Positions 1-10,027 of a stretch of DNA of 64,000 nucleotides are shown here, piece by piece. Within the stretch, counting starts at the first letter, position 1; every line of letters starts with the position of its first letter. The stretch is from assembly GCA_963718665.1 (NCBI GenBank), contig OY970359.1, positions 2,432,001-2,496,000 on the forward strand. The letters are read 5' to 3'. The position numbers and the translations under genes are program-made. Origin of the DNA: an uncultured Phycisphaerales bacterium. Lineage in GTDB: Bacteria; Planctomycetota; Phycisphaerae; Sedimentisphaerales; Anaerobacaceae. The notes below the pieces were generated by a model. It saw only the letters and a program-made list of their open reading frames with translations. It was not told the DNA's origin and made no database searches.

Positions 1-2834
1 TTGGGGTCCGGTCCGCCCTTGACCCATGTCCAGTGGTTCCAGCGGCCGCCAAAGTCCAGCAATGGCAAGTATGTCATTAAACCGCCGTAGTAAACAGGTT
101 GTGCGGGCGAAACGTGCAGGTATAAACCAGTTTGCGCTGTGGCAGCACCCGCCGTGAGACGTGACGGACAAGGAACTTCCACTTGTTCTGCGCTATTGTC
201 TGAGAGCCAGACACCCCAAATACCTGGGTATTGAACAATGAAATCGGCTAACATGCTTGCGTTAGACCACACTGAGACGGTTATTCCGCCGCCATCAGGT
301 GTCGAATGGTTGCTGTCAGTCATAAAGTTCACAGCGGCTGGAGGGGCGGAAACGTAACTCTGAGCGTTTGCAGATCCACCTCCCGCGGTTGGGATTGGCT
401 GAATGAAGTAGCACGCGCCGCCATTACGGCCGTCAGTAGCGTCCCAGTTGAGTGCAGCCCAGTTGCTGACTGTGCCTGTATAACTGCCCGTTGAACCGTA
501 ATCAACAACGTTAGTCGTGGTGCCGGTATCGTTGAATTTGTACCAGAGTACCGGTGTCTTGGGTTTCGTAATAGTAGCGAAGGTGCGTAACTCTGCTTTC
601 TGGAGCCAATACTCCGCGAAGATGCTCAAATCATTGATGTCAACGTCGCAGTCGCCGTCCATATCAGCCGATAGGGTAACAGACGGGTTGCATGTCGAGG
701 CATACAGCCGGATGTTGTCAAACATCACGTTGCCGTCGCCGGCGCTGCCCCCAGGGTTGGCGAAGAGACAACGCTGACCAAAGCCGAGGTGGAAAGCGCT
801 CACTGCTGCCATGTTCACAGACCCTGGATATGCATTGGTGGTGAAGTTGGGGTCATTGAGAGGGATATACCATTGTTGCCAGGCGGTCGCCAGTTGGGCG
901 TTGGGGTTATTGAGGTACACGCCGACATGGCCAGCCGTATCTTCGATAGCTACATACATTACGTTGTAAGTCGGATCGACCGCGTTAAGCGAGGCCCCGA
1001 TATAATCTACTCTTAAGGCCTTGGGCTGCGTAGAAAGCACGTTGGTGTTGCCTGTGAATATCGTGCCGCCGCTGTAAAAGCGTGAGACCTCTGAGAATGG
1101 TTGTGCGTTATAGTAGTAACTGCCATGTTTCCCAAGTGAATCGAGTGCAAAGGTCAAAGTACCACTCGGGATTACATTAGGGAATGTTGTTTGGTAGGTA
1201 AAGTCGTAGCAAGAAGCGATGGTATTACCCATTGTCCAGTTGGCGTTTACATCAGCCGTGTTGTTGTAATCTTCAAAGTCATCGATGGTGATAATCCCCG
1301 AAGGTGTAAAGGTCCAAAGTACAGGTGCAGTGACGCCGCTGAGGCCGGTTGAACCCCATTGCGTTGTGCCGTTAACTTCCGTTACCTTCCACCAGTAGGT
1401 TGTGCCCGGCACTAAAGGTCCGTACCAGTTAGTCGCTAAGCCCGTAAGTGAATATGAGGTGCCGGTCTGTGTGCTTCTGTAAACTTTAGTAGTGCTGCTG
1501 GTGGCGCTGTAGACCGTCGCGCTGTCCGTGCCAACAAATACCATGTGGCTGGTTGCAAAGTCGCCTTTCGTCCAGCGTAATGCCAACGGTTCGGTTAAGC
1601 CATTCCGTCCGTTATACGGGTTTGGATTGTATGCCTTGCCGTCATGGCTCGTGAATTTCCAGACCAGGCCTTTATAAAGCGTGGTGTTAGAGCCGATAAT
1701 ATTGCCGCTTCCGTCGTATATGTTTGATGTGATTGCATTATCATCAACTCGCCAATAGTAGTTAGTATTAGTTTTGAAGTTGAAATTGTTGACATCCCAC
1801 TGGTTCGGTTCTGCATTGGCTTCATTTACTTCGTGCATGAATTGTGGTGATGTTATGGTTGCGGCACTAATGTCCGCGGTGGATGTCCCGAAATACACGT
1901 CATGGTTTATGACGTTGGGTTCGCTGCCACTGTTCCAACTGAGCATAATGCCGACATTAACATCGCCGACTCTGTAATGAACGTTCGTCGAGTTCATATC
2001 CGGCGAAGGTCCCCAGGGCCTTAGCATGTTGACGCTGTCACTTACTAATATTGTATTGGTGCCGTCAAATACAGGTATTCCGATGTTGCCGCGTGTGGAC
2101 ACAATGCTCTTGCCCGCGATGAGACCGGGAAGATTCGGACTGGTAATCAAATAGTTGCCTGCAAGTTGCAGTGTGCCGCCGCTGATATCGATTTTGTTTT
2201 CCGGATAGTCCTGGTAGAAAATGAAATTGTTGTCTCCTATGCACTGCAGAGTTCCGCCATACAGGGCAATATTGCCATGATAGAGAGCGACCCTTGGGAC
2301 GCTAATGAGTCCGCCATACATCGTCACTACACCTTTGTTCATAAGTTGATAAGTGGTCGAGCCGCCGCCGATATAAAGACCGTTTCCCGTGACAGAAGTC
2401 GGGGTAGTTACCGTGCCGCCAAGAACTGTCAGTCCGGCAGTGCCCACTGAGTTGGCGTCACCATATGTGAAATCGGTGCCGTTACTGGCGAGGTAGATAC
2501 ATTCTCCGGCATTAAAATCTCCTGAATTAACTTCGACGGCTGTGCTCGGAGCGCCTGACCATGACCAATCTAATACCGCCAAAGCTGAGCATGCCGCATC
2601 GCCGTTGATTATCGGGCCGGGGTACGGTTCGATAACCACAAATGTGTTGCCGTCTGGTGGAATTGCTCCGGCAGGTTCGCCGGCATTATGGACCCAGTTA
2701 CCGGCGTCAAACCAGTCCTGGTTACTGTTGGTATTGTGCCATACCACAGTTGTGTTCCAGTCGAAGGCCATAGCATAATTGCACATGGCCAAAAAACATA
2801 GAAGTGCTAAAATGGATACAATTTTCCTTGACAT
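1..2834 (-). CDS. Large secreted protein (partial, runs off the left edge) with dockerin-like and LamG/jelly-roll-like regions
   Basis: Missing from the ORF track because it is truncated. Hand translation from ATG at 2834 (RBS AGGAGG): MSRKIVSILALLCFLAMCNYAMAFDW (signal peptide), HDVYFGT and YYWRVD beta-sandwich motifs, DDFEDY, dockerin-like DMDGDCDVDINDLSIFAEYWL, LWYKFND and WNHWTWV (LamG-like). Frame stays open to the edge. Confidence 0.85.
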   Translation of the reverse strand, partial: MSRKIVSILALLCFLAMCNYAMAFDWNTTVVWHNTNSNQDWFDAGNWVHNAGEPAGAIPPDGNTFVVIEPYPGPIINGDAACSALAVLDWSWSGAPSTAVEVNSGDFNAGECIYLASNGTDFTYGDANSVGTAGLTVLGGTVTTPTSVTGNGLYIGGGSTTYQLMNKGVVTMYGGLISVPRVALYHGNIALYGGTLQCIGDNNFIFYQDYPENKIDISGGTLQLAGNYLITSPNLPGLIAGKSIVSTRGNIGIPVFDGTNTILVSDSVNMLRPWGPSPDMNSTNVHYRVGDVNVGIMLSWNSGSEPNVINHDVYFGTSTADISAATITSPQFMHEVNEANAEPNQWDVNNFNFKTNTNYYWRVDDNAITSNIYDGSGNIIGSNTTLYKGLVWKFTSHDGKAYNPNPYNGRNGLTEPLALRWTKGDFATSHMVFVGTDSATVYSATSSTTKVYRSTQTGTSYSLTGLATNWYGPLVPGTTYWWKVTEVNGTTQWGSTGLSGVTAPVLWTFTPSGIITIDDFEDYNNTADVNANWTMGNTIASCYDFTYQTTFPNVIPSGTLTFALDSLGKHGSYYYNAQPFSEVSRFYSGGTIFTGNTNVLSTQPKALRVDYIGASLNAVDPTYNVMYVAIEDTAGHVGVYLNNPNAQLATAWQQWYIPLNDPNFTTNAYPGSVNMAAVSAFHLGFGQRCLFANPGGSAGDGNVMFDNIRLYASTCNPSVTLSADMDGDCDVDINDLSIFAEYWLQKAELRTFATITKPKTPVLWYKFNDTGTTTNVVDYGSTGSYTGTVSNWAALNWDATDGRNGGACYFIQPIPTAGGGSANAQSYVSAPPAAVNFMTDSNHSTPDGGGITVSVWSNASMLADFIVQYPGIWGVWLSDNSAEQVEVPCPSRLTAGAATAQTGLYLHVSPAQPVYYGGLMTYLPLLDFGGRWNHWTWVKGGPDP

Positions 2835-3213
2835 TATGTTTCCTCCTAATCACCCTAAAAAACGACTACATTATAAAACTATGGATGCCTGGCGGACGCC
2901 GCCAGACGTTATTCACCAAGTATAATACCAGACCAATACTGAAAAATCAAGCTATTTTTGCAGTTTCGCGAAGTTTTTTTGGACCATAAGTTGCCGATAT
3001 TTCGCGTAACTTCTTGTCTGACAATACATTATGCGATAAAAACAAGTCAGTATCATCGATGGAACAAAATTTAATTGTTGTAACATATTGTAATTACTGT
3101 ACTTAGAGCTTAAAGCCCTGTTATCGCCCGTTAATATGGTCAAAATTTGTTTAAAGGCCTAAAAATCCCCTGTTTTTATAAAGAGCTGCTATTTTTACCG
3201 CCTAAGCGGCTTA

Positions 3214-4956
3214 TTACATATTCCATTCCTGGGCAAAATGGGCAAAGTCAACGAAAGTGTATGGGTTAAGCCATGTGCTGGTGAAATCCTTAAGGTCCCA
3301 GATGTTTACATGGCAATCGGGAACCCCTGATGGGCCGGTCAAATCCCACGTCGGCGGGGAGGCCTGCAGAACTATATGGCAAACAGTTGTTGCCGGTATA
3401 GTATATGTGAAGGAGTTATTTGTGATAGAGCTGATTGGCGTTGTGGCCATGATATTTACGCTGTTATTGTCAAATTTCCAGACATTGCCTGATGTGAAGG
3501 TTTGCGGGCTGGTAATATTGAAGGTTCCGGTGATGGCATTTGTGATGTTCTTGTTGATGACTATAAGGTGCATCTCGCAGGTATAGCCGTTGAACACAGA
3601 GGCATAAATGGAGCTGTCAGCCGTGTCGGACATTGTCGAATAAACTTCCGTATCTCCGAATGTGGATTTGTTGTTGTCGTAGTTTGTGTAGATTTTTACC
3701 GCGGCATCTACATAGTTACCGTCACCCCAGTAACTCGCAAGGTAAACTCCGTATTTGCCGAAGATACCAAGGACATCCGTGGTGGCTATGCCGCCTGAGT
3801 AGTGGGTTTCTCCGCCGTAAGCATACTCGGTTATCGTAAGATTGGTGTCAGGATAATAAGTATTTATTGATTTCTGTATCCTGGGGATTATTGGCAGGTA
3901 ACTACTGTACCACTCATTAATCCAGCTATTTTCACCGTTAGCCCCAACGTAAGTCGGGTCCCATAGGGTTCTCGGTGCCTGCATACGTGCGTTATACATT
4001 GCCGTGGTCCTTATGTCATTAGTAATCCTATTACCATCGGTAAAATCGGGGGTATCCTGTGCCTCAGGATACCAGTGAACATCGAGGGCGTCGAGGAGTC
4101 GCTTGCCGGCGACGGATGAATTTGCATCCATCTTGTCTAAGTAGTAATCGAGGAACCAGCTATAGCCGGCGCTAAGGGGGGCAGCCCAGTCGGGTGCGTT
4201 CTGGAAACTATAATAACCATTAAATCCATAACTTACGGGGCCAAGCATCTGGGCATTGGGGTCAACATTTTTTACAGCTAAGGATATTGCCACGCTTTTA
4301 TTTTTATATTCCGCGCAGCCGGTCGCGGCAGGGTGAACTTCAGGGTGAGTGCTGTCCCAGAGGTCGGGTTCGTTGTCCATACAATAAAACTTTACGCCGT
4401 TCGGGTCACCCCCGTGGCCATACTTGCTAACAAGGAAATTAACAAATTCATCCATATAAACAACACCGTCGGAAGTATTCGGACTGCCGGGCGGATTGCA
4501 GAATGGCGATCCTTTGGCGAAAACAACCGGATAAAAATAAATTGATGGAGCCGATTGAGTAGCGAGATTTATCTGTACCCAAATAGGGGCTGAGACATAT
4601 CCTGCCATTTGCACTGTTACGATAGAGTCCTGATGGTTCGCAACGCATAAATCGCGGAAATCGTTGGTAATGGCGTAGCCGGGTATCGAACTCGAACTCA
4701 TTTCCTGGTCGTTTTCATAATACCAGTCATTGCCTGCGTTGGACCAGTTGTTTTCCCAGTTGTAGGCGGTCAGGCGATTACCGCCGCTTCTTACTACGGT
4801 GTAATTTGAGTTGCCTGTATCGTTTGTGCCGTAAACGTATTTGCTGATAGGCGTCCTGTTGACGTCGGTATTGATATTATAGGTGACGTTTATGTTGGCT
4901 GATGTGACTGATGCGCAGAAAACAAAGACCACCAGTATCGGGGCGGTACGCCTCAT
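3214..4956 (-). CDS. Glycoside hydrolase family 44 endoglucanase/xyloglucanase with C-terminal dockerin-like tail
   Basis: Signal peptide; GGNRLTAYNWENNWSNAGNDW, DNEPDLWDSTHPEVH (acid/base) and ITEY (nucleophile) motifs typical of GH44; RBS AGGAGGAG. Confidence 0.88.
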   Translation of the reverse strand: MRRTAPILVVFVFCASVTSANINVTYNINTDVNRTPISKYVYGTNDTGNSNYTVVRSGGNRLTAYNWENNWSNAGNDWYYENDQEMSSSSIPGYAITNDFRDLCVANHQDSIVTVQMAGYVSAPIWVQINLATQSAPSIYFYPVVFAKGSPFCNPPGSPNTSDGVVYMDEFVNFLVSKYGHGGDPNGVKFYCMDNEPDLWDSTHPEVHPAATGCAEYKNKSVAISLAVKNVDPNAQMLGPVSYGFNGYYSFQNAPDWAAPLSAGYSWFLDYYLDKMDANSSVAGKRLLDALDVHWYPEAQDTPDFTDGNRITNDIRTTAMYNARMQAPRTLWDPTYVGANGENSWINEWYSSYLPIIPRIQKSINTYYPDTNLTITEYAYGGETHYSGGIATTDVLGIFGKYGVYLASYWGDGNYVDAAVKIYTNYDNNKSTFGDTEVYSTMSDTADSSIYASVFNGYTCEMHLIVINKNITNAITGTFNITSPQTFTSGNVWKFDNNSVNIMATTPISSITNNSFTYTIPATTVCHIVLQASPPTWDLTGPSGVPDCHVNIWDLKDFTSTWLNPYTFVDFAHFAQEWNM

Positions 4957-5171
4957 ATCTACTCCTCCTTGCTAAGCTATGCTGCCCGCCGAAAAATACT
5001 ACCCCCCGGCAGGAAGCTGGTTTCGGGTATGGCTATCTTATTATATATCACAGAAAGGGCAAAGTCAACGAATTTGTCCGGAAAAGTGTTGCATCATTAT
5101 AATATAACCCGCAAAATACCTTACTATATTGATGGCCTGTTTTGTGAAACAACATGAATACGGAGAGAAAA

Positions 5172-7652
5172 ATGAAGACGCAAAGAGGATTTTTGATTGT
5201 AACGATTGTAGCGTTTGTGTTTATGCTGAGTTTATCCTGCGAACCGAAGTTTGAGCCATTTCAGATACAACCACAAACCGGCGAAAATACCGCCGGACGA
5301 CAGGTAGTCAATTTCAACGGCGACTGGAAGTTCGCCAAAGGCGGGCAGAATGGGGCACAGGCGGTTGATTTTAATGATTCGTCGTGGAAGGCGGTTCGGC
5401 TGCCTCACGACTGGGCAATTGCCGGGCCATTCAATCCAAAGGAAGACGGCTACGCCGGCAAACTGCCCTGGTGGGGGCAGGGCTGGTATCGCAAAAGCTT
5501 TAAGCTCGACAAGGCCGACGCTGGTAAACGCGTATATTTTGATTTCGACGGCGTAATGGCGTTTCCGAAGGTTTATGTCAACGGGCAATTGGCCGGTGAA
5601 TGGGACTATGGTTATATGTCTTTCCGTGTCGATGCGACCCCATTCGTGAAATTCGGCGCCGACAACGTAATTGCGGTGTATGTTGATACTCGCAATCACG
5701 GCACGCGATGGTATCCCGGGGCGGGTATTTATCGCAAAGTAACAATGACTATAACTGAGCCGGTTCACGTCGCACACTGGGGAACTTATATTACGACTTC
5801 CGAAGTGGCCGACGCGTCAGCGAAGGTCAATGTTCGCTCGACTATTGAAAATCATAGCAAGGGCAAATCGAAGGTCAGCGTTGAGGTTACACTGTTTGAC
5901 CCGGATGGCAAGACGGCTGCGACCCTCAAGACCGACGGCGTTGCCATATCGGCAGGAGGGGCAAAGGACGTTAACCAGTCGTTTGTGATTGCAAACCCGC
6001 AGAGATGGGACATCACAAGCCCGAAACTTTATACGGCGAAGACAATTATTCGCCAGGGCGATAAAGTAGTGGATACTGATACGACCACATTTGGCATACG
6101 CGAATTCAAATTCACCGCTGATGACGGATTTCATCTCAATGGCAAACGAGTGCAGCTTCACGGCGTGTGCCTGCATCACGACCAGGGCGCTCTCGGCGGG
6201 GCGTTTTATACCCGCGCGATGGAACGCCAATTAGAGATTATGCGTGATATGGGCGTAAACGCAATTCGCACAAGCCACAACCCGCCTGCGCCGGAATTGG
6301 TGGAGCTTTGCGACCGGATGGGTTTTGTCGTGTGGGATGAGTGCTTTGACAAGTGGGACAAGACCGCGGACAGATTTGACCCCAATAATATGCCGTTAGA
6401 AAAATACGGCGAAAAACAGATTCGCAATTTCGTGCAGCGCGACCGCAATCACCCAAGCGTTGTTGTCTGGTCAATCGGCAACGAAATTGACTCACCGCCC
6501 AAAGACCCGCAGGGCCTGACAAAAGAGCGGGTGAAATTTATGAGCGATTTTGTTCGCAAATACGATTTGACCCGCCCGGTTGGTATGGCCTGTTGTTTTC
6601 CCTACCAGGTGGCAAAATCGGTATTCGACGCACTGGACCTTACCGGGTGGAATTATCAGCGAAGATACGCCCAATACAGGCAGCGATATCCGGATAAGCC
6701 CATCGTTTACAGCGAGTCGGCTTCTGCGCTTAGCACTCGTGGTTTTTATGATTTGCCGCTCAAGGGTTCTAAAACACAATACTCAAAGGAGTTTCAGGTC
6801 GATTCTTACGACCGTAACGCGGCGCAATGGTCGGATATCCCGGACCGCGAGTTTGCTTTGATGGAAAAGGATAAGTTTGTCGCGGGCGAGTTTGTCTGGA
6901 CGGGTTTTGATTATCTCGGCGAGCCAACGCCTTACAGCAGGCAGGCAAGAAGCTCATATTTCGGCATTGTTGACCTCGCGGGCATACCAAAGGACCGCTT
7001 TTATCTTTACCGCAGTCACTGGCGGCCCGATGTTGCCACGGTGCATATACTGCCTCACTGGAACTGGCCCGACAGAATCGGGCAAAATGTCCCCGTGTAT
7101 GTTTATACCAACGGTGACACAGTTGAGCTGTTCCTCAACGGCAAATCCTTAGGCAAACAGACCAAGGCGAAAGAAGCGGGGCCATCTTACTATGGTTCAA
7201 TAGATAAATACCGCCTCTGCTTCAACGACGTAAATTATGAGCCGGGCGAGCTGAAGGCGGTCGCCTATAAGGATGGCTCGGAGATAGGTCAGGAGATTGT
7301 GCGCACGGCGGGTGAGCCAGCGAAAATCCGTCTTACTCCGGATAGAAAAGAGTTGTCTGCCACCGGCGATGACCTCTGCTACATCCTCGTTGAGGCCCTC
7401 GATGCCAATGATACTTTGTGCCCGCTGGCGGATAATCTGATTAAGTTCAAAGTCGATGGCCCCGCTGAAATCGCTGGGGTCGATAATGGCAATCCTCTTT
7501 CTTATGAGCCGTTCCAGGCGGATTACAGGAAGCTGTTCTTCGGCAAAGCAGTGCTGATTCTGCGGACTAAAGAAGGGCAGGCCGGAGACATTCACATAAT
7601 CGCCGACAGTGACGACCTGACCCCTGCGGGCGTTGTCGTCCAAAGCAGGTAG
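5172..7652 (+). CDS. Glycoside hydrolase family 2 (beta-galactosidase-like), probable lipoprotein
   Basis: LPHDWAI, WYRK, GVCLHHDQG, IRTSHNPP, RDRNHPSVVVWSIGNE and FVWTGFDYLGEP motifs; lipobox-like LSLSC. Alternative start 5154. Confidence 0.9.
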   Translation: MKTQRGFLIVTIVAFVFMLSLSCEPKFEPFQIQPQTGENTAGRQVVNFNGDWKFAKGGQNGAQAVDFNDSSWKAVRLPHDWAIAGPFNPKEDGYAGKLPWWGQGWYRKSFKLDKADAGKRVYFDFDGVMAFPKVYVNGQLAGEWDYGYMSFRVDATPFVKFGADNVIAVYVDTRNHGTRWYPGAGIYRKVTMTITEPVHVAHWGTYITTSEVADASAKVNVRSTIENHSKGKSKVSVEVTLFDPDGKTAATLKTDGVAISAGGAKDVNQSFVIANPQRWDITSPKLYTAKTIIRQGDKVVDTDTTTFGIREFKFTADDGFHLNGKRVQLHGVCLHHDQGALGGAFYTRAMERQLEIMRDMGVNAIRTSHNPPAPELVELCDRMGFVVWDECFDKWDKTADRFDPNNMPLEKYGEKQIRNFVQRDRNHPSVVVWSIGNEIDSPPKDPQGLTKERVKFMSDFVRKYDLTRPVGMACCFPYQVAKSVFDALDLTGWNYQRRYAQYRQRYPDKPIVYSESASALSTRGFYDLPLKGSKTQYSKEFQVDSYDRNAAQWSDIPDREFALMEKDKFVAGEFVWTGFDYLGEPTPYSRQARSSYFGIVDLAGIPKDRFYLYRSHWRPDVATVHILPHWNWPDRIGQNVPVYVYTNGDTVELFLNGKSLGKQTKAKEAGPSYYGSIDKYRLCFNDVNYEPGELKAVAYKDGSEIGQEIVRTAGEPAKIRLTPDRKELSATGDDLCYILVEALDANDTLCPLADNLIKFKVDGPAEIAGVDNGNPLSYEPFQADYRKLFFGKAVLILRTKEGQAGDIHIIADSDDLTPAGVVVQSR

Positions 7653-7675
7653 TATCTAACTAATGGAACTTAGTT

Positions 7676-7720
7676 AAAAAGAGGGCCGGCTGAAAAATGG
7701 CCGGTCCTCTTTGTTTTTAT
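7676..7720. terminator. Probable bidirectional intrinsic terminator
   Basis: Stem GAGGGCCGGC/GCCGGTCCTC with an A-tract on the left and a T-tract on the right, between convergent genes. Confidence 0.7.
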
Positions 7721-7741
7721 GAGTATAGCCCAATCGCTGAC

Positions 7742-8607
7742 TCAAGGATTTAACGTTGATGCTGTAGCTGAACCCCATGCAGCAATCTGTGCCCAGCGAA
7801 TGTCCCTGGTTTGCGTCGCAGGGGTTATTATGTAGCCGGCTGTTCCTTTCTTGGCGGCGTCGAGAGTGCTGGATTCCTGCCATTTGTGGTATTCGGCGTG
7901 GCCATCAGCAAAAGAAAATGTTGTTCCGTCGCCGTGCCGTGCCGATGGCGCGTCCCACCATTGCGGCGGGCTTTGGAAAGTGACCGTCCAACCGCCCTCC
8001 GTTGTTCCTTCACAGCCGCCATCGTCAACAAAAATCATACGTTCGTATGCTTTCTTAATGTCCTGGCGGGTCTTAATGAGCATTACGTTCGTATTTAACA
8101 CAGCAGCCGCGATTACTGTGACATTCATCTGGTCAACTACAGAAAATGACCTCGTCTCGTCGGCAGTAGCCCTCGGGCATTTGTAGGCCTTTACGTCTTT
8201 GACATACCTGAACAATGCCCCATTTGCTATCTGTGTTTTTTTTTCGGCCTGACCAAATACAGCCCCTGTCGGCCAACATGGCGGAGCGCCCAGTCCCTTA
8301 AAACCCAGGGCCATTCATTGTAATGATTTCCGCCTGCCGCATAAGCTAAAGTGGCTGAAGTGCATGGCGGTTCCGCAACTTGCCCGTATTCTTCCGAGTC
8401 GCCGCAGACGATTTTGTCGCCGTTATCGTCAGCGTACATCATCCATGCGGCAGTCAATTGCCTCTGATAATTAAGACAAACAGCCCGTTTTCCCTGTTCT
8501 CTGGCTCGGCTCAGCGCGGGCATCAACACTGCCATCAGCAGAGCGATAATGGCGATAACAACCAATAGTTCGACTAATGTAAACCCGGACCCGCTGCGTT
8601 TGCTCAT
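7742..8607 (-). pseudogene. Prepilin-type N-terminal methylation / DUF1559 (H-X9-DG) protein, split by one frameshift (real or sequencing error)
   Basis: ORF 8227-8607 has GFTLVELLVVIAIIALLMAVLMPALSRAREQ. ORF 7742-8314 has GALFRYVKDVKAYKCP and RHGDGTTFSFADGH. The frames join around 8236-8292. Confidence 0.85.
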
Positions 8608-8792
8608 AATAATCTTTAGCCACAGAGTAACTTTTTAGCCACAGAGCACACAGAGAAAAGCTCAATCCCTTTGCGTTTTACAGACGTAAACAGTTATTTA
8701 CACAACAACACATTATATTTTGCATCAGGCGGGGCAAAAAAAGAACGCCATTTTTTGCTTAACATCCACCATTTTCGGCATATAATACGGGT

Positions 8793-9971
8793 GTGAAGAA
8801 TCTTAAAAGAGTCGCGTTGATGATTGAAAGCTCTCGGGCATTCGGCAGAGACCTGGTCCGCGGGATTATGAGGTATTCGCGGCTGCACGGGCCGTGGGTG
8901 TTTCCGTGGGTGTTCTACAGGCAGGACCTGTTTTACGTTGCTCGCGGGAGCGAACGAGCCGAATTAGAGCACCTGAAAAAGTGGGGGCCCCAGGGCATAA
9001 TATCGCGCGATACGAGAGATATCGAAGAGTTGGCAAGATGGGACATTCCATTATTTGTCGCGGTGGCGATGGAGCCGCCCGCGGCGAAGCGAAACAACAT
9101 AGTAACTGATAATCGTGCGGTAGGCAGGATGGCCGCGGAGCACCTTCTTGAGCGGGGATTCCGTAATTTCGGGTACTGCGGTTTTGATGATATGTACTGG
9201 TCCTGCCAGCGAGGGGAGAATTTCGGCGCACGCATATCAGAGGCAGGTTTCAAAACGAGCTTTTACAAACAGCCCAAATCCCGCGCGAATCGTTTATGGT
9301 ACAGAGAGGAGGCGATTCTTACGGAATGGCTGCGCGGGCTGCCAAAACCGGTAGGGATTATGGCGTGCAACGATGACAGGGGGCAGCATATTACCGAGGC
9401 CTGCGCCAATGCGAAGCTCGATGTGCCTTATGAGGTGGCTATTATCGGCGTAGATAACGACGACCAGGTATGCGATATTTCAAACCCGCCGTTGTCGAGT
9501 GTTGCCCTGGATGTCGAGAAGGCCGGCTTCCAGGCGAGCGAACTGCTTGACAGGATGATGGCGGGAGAAAAGATGCCGCCCCAGATGGTGATTATTCCCC
9601 CGAACAGGGTGGTGATGAGGCAGTCAACCAATATCGTTGCGGTAGAGGATAAATTAGTCAGCCATGCGTTGAATTTTATTCATCATAACGCCAAACGCCT
9701 TATACAGGTGGATGACGTCATAAAAAATCTGAGTGTTTCCCGGCGTAACCTGCACGACAAATTTATGAAGACGCTGGGACGTTCGGTTTATGACGAGATT
9801 AAGCGAGTTCGGATAGACCTTATCAGCCAGATGCTGATTGAGACGGATTTGTCGATATCGGATATTGCGTTAGGCCTGGGATACGATAATACTAATCATA
9901 TTGCCCGGTACTTCAAGCAGAAAATGGGAATATCGCCGCTGGAGTACCGCAAGCTTCACGGCCACAAATAG
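8793..9971 (+). CDS. xylR: XylR-family transcriptional regulator (periplasmic-binding fold plus AraC HTH)
   Basis: VALMIES, GIMACNDDRG, VPYEVAIIGVDND and PPLSSV motifs; C-terminal AraC HTH (IALGLGY...FKQKMGISPLEYR). Confidence 0.88.
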   Translation: MKNLKRVALMIESSRAFGRDLVRGIMRYSRLHGPWVFPWVFYRQDLFYVARGSERAELEHLKKWGPQGIISRDTRDIEELARWDIPLFVAVAMEPPAAKRNNIVTDNRAVGRMAAEHLLERGFRNFGYCGFDDMYWSCQRGENFGARISEAGFKTSFYKQPKSRANRLWYREEAILTEWLRGLPKPVGIMACNDDRGQHITEACANAKLDVPYEVAIIGVDNDDQVCDISNPPLSSVALDVEKAGFQASELLDRMMAGEKMPPQMVIIPPNRVVMRQSTNIVAVEDKLVSHALNFIHHNAKRLIQVDDVIKNLSVSRRNLHDKFMKTLGRSVYDEIKRVRIDLISQMLIETDLSISDIALGLGYDNTNHIARYFKQKMGISPLEYRKLHGHK

Positions 9972-10027
9972 CCGCGAAATGTTTTAAAAATTCCGGCATA
10001 ATTGATTGAAAGCAGGAGAAATGTGAA

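Noticed and set aside
306..2778. Several short plus-strand ORFs
   Set aside because: They overlap the long minus-strand secreted protein that the ORF track omitted.
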